A stretch of DNA of 64,000 nucleotides from Thioalkalivibrio sp. GTDB taxonomy: Bacteria; Pseudomonadota; Gammaproteobacteria; Ectothiorhodospirales; Ectothiorhodospiraceae. A program made the position numbers and the translations under genes. This document shows positions 35,840 to 44,482 of this stretch, piece by piece; positions within the stretch are counted from its first letter, which is position 1; each line of letters starts with the position of its first letter. Below the pieces are notes generated by a model. The model worked only from the letters and a program-made list of their open reading frames with translations. It did not search any database and had not been told where the DNA came from. Location of the stretch: assembly GCA_011389655.1 (NCBI GenBank), contig JAABTX010000007.1, forward strand, positions 11,858-75,857. The letters run 5' to 3'.

Positions 35840-36632
35840 CGCCCGAGTACAGCCGCTCGAGACCGCCGGGCCCCTGCAGCAGCAGGGCGCCGTCGACGGG
35901 GTCCACGCCGGCGGCGATACCCTCGCGGCCGGATTCCGTCACGCGGACCGGTCGCCCGAACAGGTGGTCGAGACGCCGATAGTCCTCGAGCACCGGCTGC
36001 AGTCCATCCCGTGCAAAGGCGTCCCAGGCCCGCGCGATCTCCACGAGGATCGCCTGCAGCAGATCCGTCAGGCCCGGTACGGAGGACGCCGACAGATCGC
36101 CGAGGTCGGCCGTCGGCCGATCCACGCCCAGCGCCACCGCGTCCCGGCGATTCACGCCGACGCCCGCCACCACGGCGGGCCGGCACCCCGCGGTGCGCGG
36201 CCGCGCCTCGATCAGGATTCCCGCCAGCTTTCGCCCTTCGGGGGTCACGAGGTCGTTGGGCCACTTGAACCCGAAGCCGTGCAGGCCGCAGCGGGACAGC
36301 CCGCGCGACACGCCCACCCCGATCGCAAGGGCCAGGGCCGGCGCCGGGGCCTCCCCGGGGCGCAGGGCACGCGCCAAGGAGAAGGTCAGGCTTGAGCCGC
36401 CCGCGGACACCCAGGTGCGCCCCCGGCGGCCCTTGCCAGCCGTCTGCTCGCGCGCAACACAGACCCGATAGGCATCGTGCACCAGGGCCTGGCAGTCGAG
36501 CAGCTGCCGGTTGGTGGAATCCACACTCGGCAGAAACTCGAAACCGGACCAGCGCTTCGGCAGCTCCCGCTCCAGCCGCCCCGGCAGCGGGTCCAGGGCC
36601 TTCCTCCAGGAAACCAGTGAATCGTCAGTCAC
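35808..36632 (-). CDS. birA: biotin--[acetyl-CoA-carboxylase] ligase, with no N-terminal HTH domain apparent
   Basis: GKGRRGRTW motif and KWPNDL. Confidence 0.88.
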   Translation of the reverse strand: MTDDSLVSWRKALDPLPGRLERELPKRWSGFEFLPSVDSTNRQLLDCQALVHDAYRVCVAREQTAGKGRRGRTWVSAGGSSLTFSLARALRPGEAPAPALALAIGVGVSRGLSRCGLHGFGFKWPNDLVTPEGRKLAGILIEARPRTAGCRPAVVAGVGVNRRDAVALGVDRPTADLGDLSASSVPGLTDLLQAILVEIARAWDAFARDGLQPVLEDYRRLDHLFGRPVRVTESGREGIAAGVDPVDGALLLQGPGGLERLYSGDVSVRRVDRA

Positions 36633-36651
36633 GTCGGGCTAGAATGCTTGG

Positions 36652-37431
36652 ATGAACCGTCGGCATGTCACCAGGGCCTTGCTGCTGCTCCTACTCGGCG
36701 GCCTGGGCCTGCTGTCCGCAAAGGCCGCCGCGGAACTCTACACCTACCTGGATGCAGACGGCACCCGAGTTTACACGGACCAGCGCCCCACCGGGGGAGT
36801 GAGCTACCGACGGGTGGGCATCCCCGCAACCAGCGACTCCGCCAACCGCTCCGGCGGGCAGCTCTTCGTCTACCAGCTGCCGAGCGGTGAGCGGCTGGTC
36901 ACCAATCAGCGCCAGCGCGAGGAGGCCTTGACGCTGATCGCTACCTATGGCCGGCCGACGGCATCCGTGAACTGCCGGCTATCCGCGGACCAGGTGATGC
37001 CGGTTGGGTCCGGCCCCTTCGACGACATCATCGTTCGGGAGGCCCGCAGCCGGAACCTCGATCCGCTGTTGATCAAGTCGGTGATCTGGGTGGAATCCTG
37101 CTTCGATCGGTACGCCGTATCACGGGTGGGGGCCCACGGCCTGATGCAGCTGATGCCCGCAACGGCCGCCGAACTGGGAGTCACCGACCGCTTCGATCCA
37201 GCGCAGAACATCCGCGGCGGGGTGACGTACCTCGCGTGGATGCTGGAGCGCTTCGACCAGAACCTGGATCTGGCCCTGGCCGCCTACAATGCCGGGCCCG
37301 GTGCGGTGGAGCGCCACAGGGGCGTCCCGCCGTTTGCGGAGACACGCAACTACGTCAAACGCATCCACGCGCACTACCAGTTGCACGCGGCCGCCTCGGG
37401 GCGTGACGGGACACGAGCGGCCGCGAACTGA
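36652..37431 (+). CDS. lytic transglycosylase (SLT domain) with signal peptide
   Basis: Signal peptide, then WVESCFDRYAVSRVGAHGLMQLMP and AYNAGPGAV motifs. Confidence 0.85.
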   Translation: MNRRHVTRALLLLLLGGLGLLSAKAAAELYTYLDADGTRVYTDQRPTGGVSYRRVGIPATSDSANRSGGQLFVYQLPSGERLVTNQRQREEALTLIATYGRPTASVNCRLSADQVMPVGSGPFDDIIVREARSRNLDPLLIKSVIWVESCFDRYAVSRVGAHGLMQLMPATAAELGVTDRFDPAQNIRGGVTYLAWMLERFDQNLDLALAAYNAGPGAVERHRGVPPFAETRNYVKRIHAHYQLHAAASGRDGTRAAAN

Positions 37432-37546
37432 ACGCCCTGCCCCCTCCACGAATCACCCTGCCGGCGATCCAGCCGGCGCGCCCGCCAACCACCACAAACG
37501 CCAGAAGCTGCAGCAACGACATCCCTGTCCGTCCGGGATCCGGTCT

Positions 37547-37858
37547 TCAGCGGTCCCACATCACGTAGGTCTCGGCCTGCTCGGCAGCCTCCAGCAACTG
37601 CATCAGCGGCAGCGCGCGATGCGCGAGGCTGACCCTGTCCACATCCGGCGCGGTTGCCTCCTCGGGAGCCGATGGCAGGCTCTCCCCACCCCTCTCGTCG
37701 ATCGCCGCGCGCAGGCGTTCGAGGGCCTGCGGTACATCCTCGGCGGCGATCGCGCTCGGCACGGTTGGACTGTGTCCCATGTGCTGGATCAGTGCCAGCG
37801 CGACGTCGCCGAACATGGTGATGTCGCTGTACGCGGGGGTCCGGAAGGTGACCAGCAT
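37547..37858 (-). CDS. DUF1840 family protein
   Basis: MLVTFRTPAYSDITMFGDVALALIQHMGHS..VPSAIAAEDVPQAL matches my memory of DUF1840. Confidence 0.65.
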   Translation of the reverse strand: MLVTFRTPAYSDITMFGDVALALIQHMGHSPTVPSAIAAEDVPQALERLRAAIDERGGESLPSAPEEATAPDVDRVSLAHRALPLMQLLEAAEQAETYVMWDR

Positions 37859-37969
37859 GGCAGCCCCTCACTGCAGAAGCCGGCGTCCAGCATAACCGAT
37901 CATCGAGGTCATCGTCCGGTGCATCCATGGCCCGCGCCACGGGGCAAGCGCGCCGCACCCGGGGAGTGC

Positions 37970-38617
37970 TCAGCGCATGAACGGCATCATGATGCTCTCG
38001 GGACGCGTGAACCGGTTCATGTCGTGCGCCATGCGGCTGACCTCGCTCGCCATGCGCCCCATGCTCTGATTCATGGTGCCCATGCTCTGGTTCATCGTAC
38101 CCATGTTCTGGTTCATGTGGCCCATGTGCCGGTTCATCTCGCCCATGCTCTCGTTCATGGTGGTCACGTTGTCCGTCATCACCGTCATGCTGTCATGGAC
38201 CTGACCGAGAGACAGGGTCATGCCGGCGGTGTTGGCGTCCATGTTGGAGACGCTGGACTCCATTGACTCGATCACGCGCACCAGCGTGGCGATCTCGCCG
38301 GTCATGGTCGCGACGTTCTGCGAAAGCTGTGCCATGTTGCTGGACATCGCGTCCAGATTGACCTCCATCGCCGGGTCGATGCTGCGGGCCATGGTGGACA
38401 TGTCGCCGGTGAGGTTGTAGATCAGGTAAAAGCCGGAGAGCGACAACAGTCCGATGATCAGCACCGAGGGGTACACGAGCCGCTCGAAGCGGCGCATGGT
38501 GCCCTCGAACGCCCGGAAGAAATTGGTCAGCGCGATCTCGAGCTTGACCATCGCCTTCTGTTCCGGCGACAGATTCTTGTAGTCCGGTGCGAAGGTGCGT
38601 GGATCCTTTTCAAACAT
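37970..38617 (-). CDS. membrane-anchored methionine-rich heptad-repeat protein (hypothetical)
   Basis: One TM segment (VYPSVLIIGLLSLSGFYLIY). The rest is a helical region holding 30 Met of 215 aa by my count, including MNESMGEMNRHMGHMNQNMGTMNQSMGTMNQSMGRM. The DNA has 21-nt tandem repeats at about 38040-38165. Confidence 0.7.
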   Translation of the reverse strand: MFEKDPRTFAPDYKNLSPEQKAMVKLEIALTNFFRAFEGTMRRFERLVYPSVLIIGLLSLSGFYLIYNLTGDMSTMARSIDPAMEVNLDAMSSNMAQLSQNVATMTGEIATLVRVIESMESSVSNMDANTAGMTLSLGQVHDSMTVMTDNVTTMNESMGEMNRHMGHMNQNMGTMNQSMGTMNQSMGRMASEVSRMAHDMNRFTRPESIMMPFMR

Positions 38618-38964
38618 CCTGGGTGCCTCGACAACGTTGACCGCGGATTCGCGCCTTGCCGCGGCCGTCCGGGCAAAAAACCGTCGGCGGCCGGCGCCCT
38701 TCCGCGCGGGTACAGCTCCTGCGGAGCCGCCGGTACCGAGAACGCATCCATGACCTTCAAGGCATCTGCAGCGATCATGGCCTGCCTGCCACTACGGCAG
38801 CAAATTCAAGGCCATATGCAGGAATCTAGACTTTTGACCGCAGACCGTCAACGAGAAGGTGCGAATGCGGGGGAGCCGGCAGGTTCGACATCGACGCCAC
38901 GACCCGAACCGGACGAGCGGTACCTTTGATCACTGGCGGGGTGGCGCATTGCCGTCGCTGCCCG

Positions 38965-39054
38965 TGGCGGAGAAGGAGGGATTCGAACCCTCGGACGGGT
39001 CGCCCCGTCGCCGGTTTTCAAGACCGGTGCATTCAACCGCTCTGCCACTTCTCC
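38965..39054 (-). tRNA. tRNA-Ser (anticodon UGA)
   Basis: GGAGAAGUGGCAGAGCGGUUGAAUGCACCGGUCUUGAAAACCGGCGACGGGGCGACCCGUCCGAGGGUUCGAAUCCCUCCUUCUCCGCCA. It has a 7-bp acceptor stem, anticodon loop CUUGAAA, a long variable arm, a GGUUCGAAUCC T-arm and an encoded CCA. Confidence 0.9.
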
Positions 39055-39155
39055 ACTTGCGGTATTCTGTGTGCTGCCGCGCGGGTTTACAAGCATGGAG
39101 CCCCGCAAGGCACGGGCCATCATCTATCCCCGTGCTCGCCCTTTTTCACGAGCAC

Positions 39156-39332
39156 GGGGGTACCACCTGCCCCGGGCCGGTCTCGCGGCTGTCATCATCG
39201 ATGCAGCGCACCGGATTCGACCAGGTGATCGGCAAGGAGAACATCTTCCGTTCGACCGACGCGTCCATCGAGGCGGTCCAGGCCCGGGTCGCCAAGGACA
39301 GAGCGCGCGAGCAGGAGAACCCGCAGGAGTGA
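39156..39332 (+). pseudogene. possible remnant of a STAS-domain (SulP transporter C-terminus) coding sequence
   Basis: The frame reads ...GGTTCPGPVSRLSSSMQRTGFDQVIGKENIFRSTDASIEAVQARV..., which resembles the last part of a STAS domain. No transporter body lies upstream, because the tRNA is there. An 11-bp-stem hairpin at 39119-39150 precedes it. Confidence 0.3.
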
Positions 39333-39469
39333 GCAGCGGAGCACGGTTTCTGGTTGGTGGCCGGCGGGAACCTCGCCCGCAAACCCTGATCCAAGTCGGG
39401 CAGCCTGCAATAGCCGACGCCTGCAGGTAGACTTCGCATCACTCGATACCTGAACAGGAGGATCCATCC

Positions 39470-40147
39470 GTGGCCGAAGAACGTCTCGCCCGAGCCCGCG
39501 CGGGCACCACCGTCGCGGAGACCATCCGCACCAACAGGGTCATTCGCAACACCTATCTGCTGCTGTCGCTGACACTGGCCTTCAGCGCGGTGATGGCCTT
39601 CACGGCCATGGCCGTGAATGCCCCGCCCGTACACTGGCTGGTGATGATCGGCGTGCTGATCGGAGGGCCGTTCCTGATCCACGCGGCGCGCAACTCGGTG
39701 TGGGGCCTGGTCCTGACCTTTGCATTCACCGGTTTGCTGGGCTTCTTCCTGGGACCGATACTCAGCATGTACCTGGGTCTGCCGAACGGTCCGCAGATCG
39801 TTGGCAATGCCTTCGGCACCACGGCGATCGCGTTCGTGGCCCTGTCGGGCTATGCGCTGACCACACGCAAGGACTTCAGCTTCCTCGGCGGCTTCCTGAT
39901 CGTCGGCCTGGTACTGGCCCTGGTCGCGATCGTGGCCAATCTCTTCCTGCAGATTCCGGCGCTGTCGCTGACCATCTCGGCTGCCGTGGTGCTGCTGCTC
40001 TCCGCCGCGATCCTGTACGACACCAGCCGCATGATCCACGACCGCGAGGCCAACTACATCGTGATGACGATCTCGCTGTATGCCAACCTCTACGTGATGT
40101 TCCTGCACCTGCTGAACCTCTTCTACGCCCTCACCGGCGAAAACTGA
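39470..40147 (+). CDS. Bax inhibitor-1/YccA family membrane protein
   Basis: Seven hydrophobic segments, NTYLLLSLTLAFSA and the ILYDTSRMI motif. GTG start. Confidence 0.88.
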   Translation: MAEERLARARAGTTVAETIRTNRVIRNTYLLLSLTLAFSAVMAFTAMAVNAPPVHWLVMIGVLIGGPFLIHAARNSVWGLVLTFAFTGLLGFFLGPILSMYLGLPNGPQIVGNAFGTTAIAFVALSGYALTTRKDFSFLGGFLIVGLVLALVAIVANLFLQIPALSLTISAAVVLLLSAAILYDTSRMIHDREANYIVMTISLYANLYVMFLHLLNLFYALTGEN

Positions 40148-40161
40148 GACCCGCCGTCCAC

Positions 40162-40193
40162 GGACAAGCCCCGCCAGCCGGGGTTTGTCCTTT
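40162..40193 (+). terminator. hairpin terminator after the BI-1 gene
   Basis: ggacaagccccg-ccagc-cggggtttgtcc forms a 12-bp stem with one G-U pair, followed by TTT. Confidence 0.55.
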
Positions 40194-40235
40194 GCAGACC
40201 GCGGCCGCGCGGCAGGCAAGGGTCCGGACAAAGGC

Positions 40236-41198
40236 ATGAAGGGCGTATTCCTCGACCTGAACACGGTGGATCGTGATGATCTGGACCTGGCCCCGTTGCG
40301 CGCGGCGCTGCCCGAGTGGGCATTCTTTCAGCGGACAGGGCCCGGCGAGATCGCGGAACGCATCCGGGACGCGGAGGTGGTGGTCACCAACAAGGTCCAT
40401 CTGGGCGCCGGCTCGGTGGAGGCCGCACCAAGGCTGCAACTGATCTGCACGGCCGCCACCGGCACCAACAACATTGATCTCGCAGCCGCCGACGCCCGGG
40501 GCATCCCGGTCTGCAACGCCCGCAACTACGCGACCGACTCGGTGGTTCAGCACGTGTTCGGCCTGCTACTGACGCTGGTCACCCGCATGGACGCCTACCG
40601 CGCGGACATTCGTGCCGGGCGCTGGAGCGCCTCCGACCAGTTCTGCCTGCTGGACCACCCCATCCGCACGCTGGCCGGAATGCATCTGGGGATCGTGGGC
40701 TTCGGCGTGCTGGGACGGGCCACGGGCGCTATGGCGGAGGCCTTCGGCATGCGGGTGACGGTCGCGGGAAGCCTGCGGCCGGATGCCGCCGGGGGCGACG
40801 ACCGACCGGCCCTCGACGAACTCCTCCCCGACCTCGACGTGCTGAGCCTGCACTGCCCTCTCACGGACCGTACCCGCGACCTGATCGACGCGCGCCGTCT
40901 CGCGCGGATGCCGCAGGGCGGCCTGCTGATCAACACTGCCCGCGGCGGCCTGGTCGAGCCCCGTGCGCTGGCCGACAGCCTGCGCACGGGGCACCTGGGC
41001 GGAGCCGGAATCGACGTGCTGGATCCCGAGCCGCCGCCTCCCGACCACCCGCTGCTCGCGCCCGACATTCCGAATCTCGTGCTGACACCGCACACCGCCT
41101 GGGCCGCCCGCAGTGCCCGCCAGGGCGTGCTGGACGAGGTGCGTGCGAACATCGCGGCCTTCCTTGCCGGCACACCGCGAAACGTCGTGACACCGTGA
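40236..41198 (+). CDS. D-2-hydroxyacid dehydrogenase (glycerate dehydrogenase-like)
   Basis: NAD-binding GIVGFGVLGRA, and the catalytic region INTARGGLV...DVLDPEPP...TPHTAWA. The start is the ATG at 40236. Confidence 0.85.
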   Translation: MKGVFLDLNTVDRDDLDLAPLRAALPEWAFFQRTGPGEIAERIRDAEVVVTNKVHLGAGSVEAAPRLQLICTAATGTNNIDLAAADARGIPVCNARNYATDSVVQHVFGLLLTLVTRMDAYRADIRAGRWSASDQFCLLDHPIRTLAGMHLGIVGFGVLGRATGAMAEAFGMRVTVAGSLRPDAAGGDDRPALDELLPDLDVLSLHCPLTDRTRDLIDARRLARMPQGGLLINTARGGLVEPRALADSLRTGHLGGAGIDVLDPEPPPPDHPLLAPDIPNLVLTPHTAWAARSARQGVLDEVRANIAAFLAGTPRNVVTP

Positions 41199-41431
41199 AC
41201 GAAACCGGCTCCAGGCCCCCGGGCGAGCTGGAGGCGCGGGTCGAGGAACTCGAGATCCGGTTGGCACACCTGGAATATGCGCTGCAGAGCCAGGGCACGG
41301 AATTGCTGCACCTCCAGCAGACCAACAGCCTGCTGGCGCAGCAACTGCGCGAACTGGCGGAACGGCTGCGCGTGCTCGCGGATGCGCCCCCCGGCGATCC
41401 TGCGGCCGAACCCCCGCCTCCCCATTACTGA
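41195..41431 (+). CDS. slyX: SlyX family protein
   Basis: A 78-aa coiled coil (LEARVEELEIRLAHLEYALQSQGTELLHLQQ...). The GTG overlaps the upstream stop as GTGA. Confidence 0.75.
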   Translation: MNETGSRPPGELEARVEELEIRLAHLEYALQSQGTELLHLQQTNSLLAQQLRELAERLRVLADAPPGDPAAEPPPPHY

Positions 41432-41447
41432 CGGGCCCTGTGCGCCG

Positions 41448-42257
41448 GTGACCGAGCCCGTCGGCTTCCACGTCACGCCGGACTGTCCCCCCCGGTCGCG
41501 GCGGACGGCCGAGTCTCTCCTCGAGGGGGGACACATCACGGCCGGGGCCACTGGCCGATCCGACCTCGAGCTGATCTGCAGGGCCGACGGGCTGACGCTG
41601 GTCGCGCATCCGGCATCGGGCCCGGCGCTGGAGTTGCACATCGATCTCGTCGGCGGGGCCCGCGGATACCGCCATGCGCGCGCCGAACGCTCGCGGGAGG
41701 ACCTCGTCCGGGCCCTCGGGCGCCTGCCGAGAGGCAGCCGGATCATCGACGCCTCGGCGGGGCTGGGCCGTGATGCGCTCGTGCTGGCCGCGCGTGGCTT
41801 CGAGGTCGTGGCCGTCGAGCGCAACCCCGTGCTCGCCGCGCTGCTTCGGGATGCGATGGAACGCGCCTCCAGCCACCGGGTTTTGCGCGCCTCACTTGAT
41901 CGCCTGAGCCTGCAGCAGGCGGATGTCCGCGAGTGGCTTTCCCGTCACGAAGGGATCTTTGACGCAGCCGTGTTCGATCCGATGTTTCCGCCCCGACGCA
42001 AGGACGCCGAGGTCCGGAAGGAGATGCGCATCGTGCACCGGCTGCTCGGAGCGAATCCCGACCCGGATGCCCCGGAGACCCTGAAGGCGCTGCAGGGACG
42101 CGTCCGGCGCTGCGTGGTGGTAAAACGCCCGCTGCACGCGCCCGCGGTCGGTGGACTCCGACCGGCGCGCAGCCTGCGGGGTCGCAGTACGCGCTTCGAT
42201 GTCTATCTGCCGAGCACCGTGGGAAGCCAGCCCCCCGGGCGACCCGGCAAAGGCTGA
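41448..42257 (+). CDS. rsmJ: 16S rRNA (guanine1516-N2)-methyltransferase RsmJ-like SAM-dependent methyltransferase
   Basis: IIDASAGLGRDALVLAARGFEVVAVERNP...DPMFP...VVVKRP motifs. The start is picked as the GTG at 41448, after the slyX stop. Confidence 0.78.
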   Translation: MTEPVGFHVTPDCPPRSRRTAESLLEGGHITAGATGRSDLELICRADGLTLVAHPASGPALELHIDLVGGARGYRHARAERSREDLVRALGRLPRGSRIIDASAGLGRDALVLAARGFEVVAVERNPVLAALLRDAMERASSHRVLRASLDRLSLQQADVREWLSRHEGIFDAAVFDPMFPPRRKDAEVRKEMRIVHRLLGANPDPDAPETLKALQGRVRRCVVVKRPLHAPAVGGLRPARSLRGRSTRFDVYLPSTVGSQPPGRPGKG

Positions 42258-42378
42258 GACCCGGGGCCCGGCGCTCTTCCCGGCGCCTGATCGCCGGGGG
42301 CTCGCCCCCTGCGAGGGCGGTGTGGCAGGCCAGCCCTCCCGGGCGAGCCCGCGCCGGCGGAAGGCTCCCGGCGACGGT

Positions 42379-43038
42379 TCACTCGACGCCGAGCGTCAAC
42401 CGGGTATCTTCCAGCCGATAGGGTGGGATCTCGAGATTGCGCATCGCCGGCTGGTTGCGGTAGACGCGCCCGGCAAAATCGTAGCGCCCGCCCCGGCAGC
42501 GATCGCGCAGGCCGCCCTCCCAGCCATCCGAGGCGTCCGGCGGCACAATCTCAAGGTCGCAGCCGAGATCGGTGCTCTCGGCGTAGACTACCAGCCACTG
42601 GCGGACCCAGCCGCGATGAGGCGCGGTCATGCCCCGCGGCCGCCGGTCGAATCGGGAGGTCGGGTCGTAGAGCGCCGCGTCCTCGGGCAGGGCTTCCAGC
42701 ATGGAGGCTTCGCGATGCAGGATCAGGACCCGCCGGCCGTTCCAGTTCACGCGCTCGTGCTGTCCCGGTTCAATGCCCCGGAGATCGATCTCCAGCGGAA
42801 GGCGCACGTCACCGCCAGGCGGGGTGAACAGCGCCCGCAGCATCGCGAAGAGGAAGAGCAGCAGGGCCGCGAGGGCCATCAGTTTCAGTGCCACGCGCAG
42901 GCGCAGACGCAACAGGCTGTCCTGGGTCAAGGACGCTCGCCTCCTCTGATGGAATGCATGGGCAATCGACCTCGGGCATGGCAGCCCGTGGCCGGAGCGG
43001 GCTACAATTCGGCCCATGGATGCACGAAAAAGTTTCAC
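42379..43038 (-). CDS. membrane-anchored Rieske-fold protein lacking the [2Fe-2S] ligands
   Basis: TM anchor (LKLMALAALLLFLFAML). STDLGC replaces the Rieske box CTHLGC, and DRCRGGRYDFAGRV replaces CPCHGSxYDxxGR. The C-terminus NLEIPPYRLEDTRLTLG is like that of bc1 Rieske subunits. The start is uncertain. Confidence 0.55.
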   Translation of the reverse strand: MKLFRASMGRIVARSGHGLPCPRSIAHAFHQRRRASLTQDSLLRLRLRVALKLMALAALLLFLFAMLRALFTPPGGDVRLPLEIDLRGIEPGQHERVNWNGRRVLILHREASMLEALPEDAALYDPTSRFDRRPRGMTAPHRGWVRQWLVVYAESTDLGCDLEIVPPDASDGWEGGLRDRCRGGRYDFAGRVYRNQPAMRNLEIPPYRLEDTRLTLGVE

Positions 43039-43375
43039 CCGGGACCGCCGTTACGTCGGCGTCCACAATGACCTCCACGGCGGCATGACGCCGATCGGCG
43101 GCGTGATCAAGGATGCATGGGTCTTCGGTCTGATCCCCGAGACCGAAACCTGCGAGGGCTGGCAGCTCGCGCAGATCCAGATGCTACACGACCGAGTCGG
43201 CGCGGAATGGGACAAATACGGTCTGTTGGTGAGCCGCCTGCCCGCGGAACTGCGGGAGCGGCACGACCGCATTCACGCCGCCGCCATCGAACGCGCCCGC
43301 GAACTCGGCTGGGTTCCCGGTCTCGAAGTCGATAGCGAAATGACCGGCGGCGACGATCCAGTGCTGCCCCGCTGA
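43016..43375 (+). CDS. hypothetical protein
   Basis: The 119-aa ORF has coding-like composition, but I recognised no family. It is divergent from the Rieske-like gene, and the 5' ends overlap as annotated. Confidence 0.45.
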   Translation: MDARKSFTRDRRYVGVHNDLHGGMTPIGGVIKDAWVFGLIPETETCEGWQLAQIQMLHDRVGAEWDKYGLLVSRLPAELRERHDRIHAAAIERARELGWVPGLEVDSEMTGGDDPVLPR

Positions 43376-43484
43376 ATTCCCGGCCGACGCCCGAGGACGG
43401 GAGGAAAGAACCAGGAATATATGGATCTATCAGGATCCTGATCTCTTCCGTGTCCATCCGTGGCCATATTCGCAGCCTAACCGC

Positions 43485-43967
43485 TTAATCGCGGAAGTTG
43501 CTGTACTGCAACGGGCGGTCGAAGCTCTGTTGGCGCAGCAGGCTGATCACCGCCTGCAGATCGTCCCGCTTCTTCCCGGTGACCCGCACCTGGTCCCCCT
43601 GAAGGCTCGCCTGCACCTTGATCTTCGAGTCCTTGATCAGGCGCTGGATGCGCTTCGCCAGATCGGCATCGATGCCCTGGCGTATCAGGATCTCCTGCTT
43701 CACGCCGGTGCCGGCCTTGGTCACCTCCTGCGGGTCCATGCACTCCACGTCGATCCCCCGCTTCGCCAGCTTCATGCGCAGGATGTCGAGGATCTGCTCG
43801 ACCTGGAATTCGGCGTCGCCCTTCACCAGGATCGTGGTATCGCTCAGCTCCACGGACGCCGACGTGCCCTTGAAGTCGAAGCGGTTGTCGATCTCGCGCC
43901 GGGTCTGATCGACCGCGTTGCGCAGTTCAGGGAGTTCGACCTCGGACACTACATCGAATGACGGCAT
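43485..43967 (-). CDS. yajQ: YajQ family (UPF0234) nucleotide / cyclic-di-GMP-binding protein
   Basis: MPSFDVVSEV...ELRNAVDQTRREIDNRFDFKG... is typical of YajQ. Confidence 0.9.
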   Translation of the reverse strand: MPSFDVVSEVELPELRNAVDQTRREIDNRFDFKGTSASVELSDTTILVKGDAEFQVEQILDILRMKLAKRGIDVECMDPQEVTKAGTGVKQEILIRQGIDADLAKRIQRLIKDSKIKVQASLQGDQVRVTGKKRDDLQAVISLLRQQSFDRPLQYSNFRD

Positions 43968-44052
43968 TGGAACCTCCGGTCAGTGGCAGCCGCTCCGGTC
44001 TGCCGGTCGCGTCAGAAGAAGCGGCCGGGTGCCCGCCCCGGCCCGCATCGAT

Positions 44053-44418
44053 TCAGGCCTTGGGCGGCCCCAGCGCGCGGAGATGTGCCTCCAGCTCGGC
44101 CATCACCTCCGTCGCACGGCCCTTCTCCATCGCGGCCTCGACACGCTTCAGCACCGGCAGGGCTTCCGCGCTACCGCGGAGGGGCATGCGCGCAAGCCCG
44201 AACGCGAGCCACCGGAACTGGCGGAAAAAGAGATAGCTCAGCGTTGCGACGATAATGGCCGCCCAGGAATTTCCGCTGAACCACACCCACAGCGCAACCC
44301 CGTAGCCTGCGAAGGTGGCCGCGAATATGCCGAGCGCAACGCGGTGAGTGCGGGCAATCAGCTCCTCGAACAGCTCCCGATGCTCGACCACGAATTCACG
44401 CTCGAAATGCACGGACAC
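44053..44418 (-). CDS. hypothetical membrane protein
   Basis: Two hydrophobic segments (GIFAATFAGYGVALWVWF, AAIIVATLSYLFF). I recognised no family. Confidence 0.45.
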   Translation of the reverse strand: MSVHFEREFVVEHRELFEELIARTHRVALGIFAATFAGYGVALWVWFSGNSWAAIIVATLSYLFFRQFRWLAFGLARMPLRGSAEALPVLKRVEAAMEKGRATEVMAELEAHLRALGPPKA

Positions 44419-44482
44419 GCCCCAAGGATCGCCGATTGACGGGCGAGCAGTATACGCGAGGCACGCGCCTTCGCCGAACCGA

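Noticed and set aside
38848-39123. Track ORFs overlapping 38848-39332 on both strands.
   Set aside because: They cross the tRNA-Ser gene (38965-39054) and have no protein-like features there. Only the 3' tail of the plus-strand ORF, which is STAS-like, was kept, as a low-confidence remnant.
38618-39469. A genomic island or prophage integrated at tRNA-Ser.
   Set aside because: The window contains no integrase, no phage or conjugation genes, and no direct repeat of the tRNA 3' end. Both flanks continue with ordinary housekeeping genes.
43429-43442. A perfect 14-nt palindrome, ATCAGGATCCTGAT, between convergent genes.
   Set aside because: Its orientation is ATCA...TGAT, so it is not an FNR/CRP-type TGAT...ATCA site. 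It lies at the 3' ends of two genes with no promoter context. It is most simply a short hairpin or a chance palindrome in a locally AT-richer spacer.
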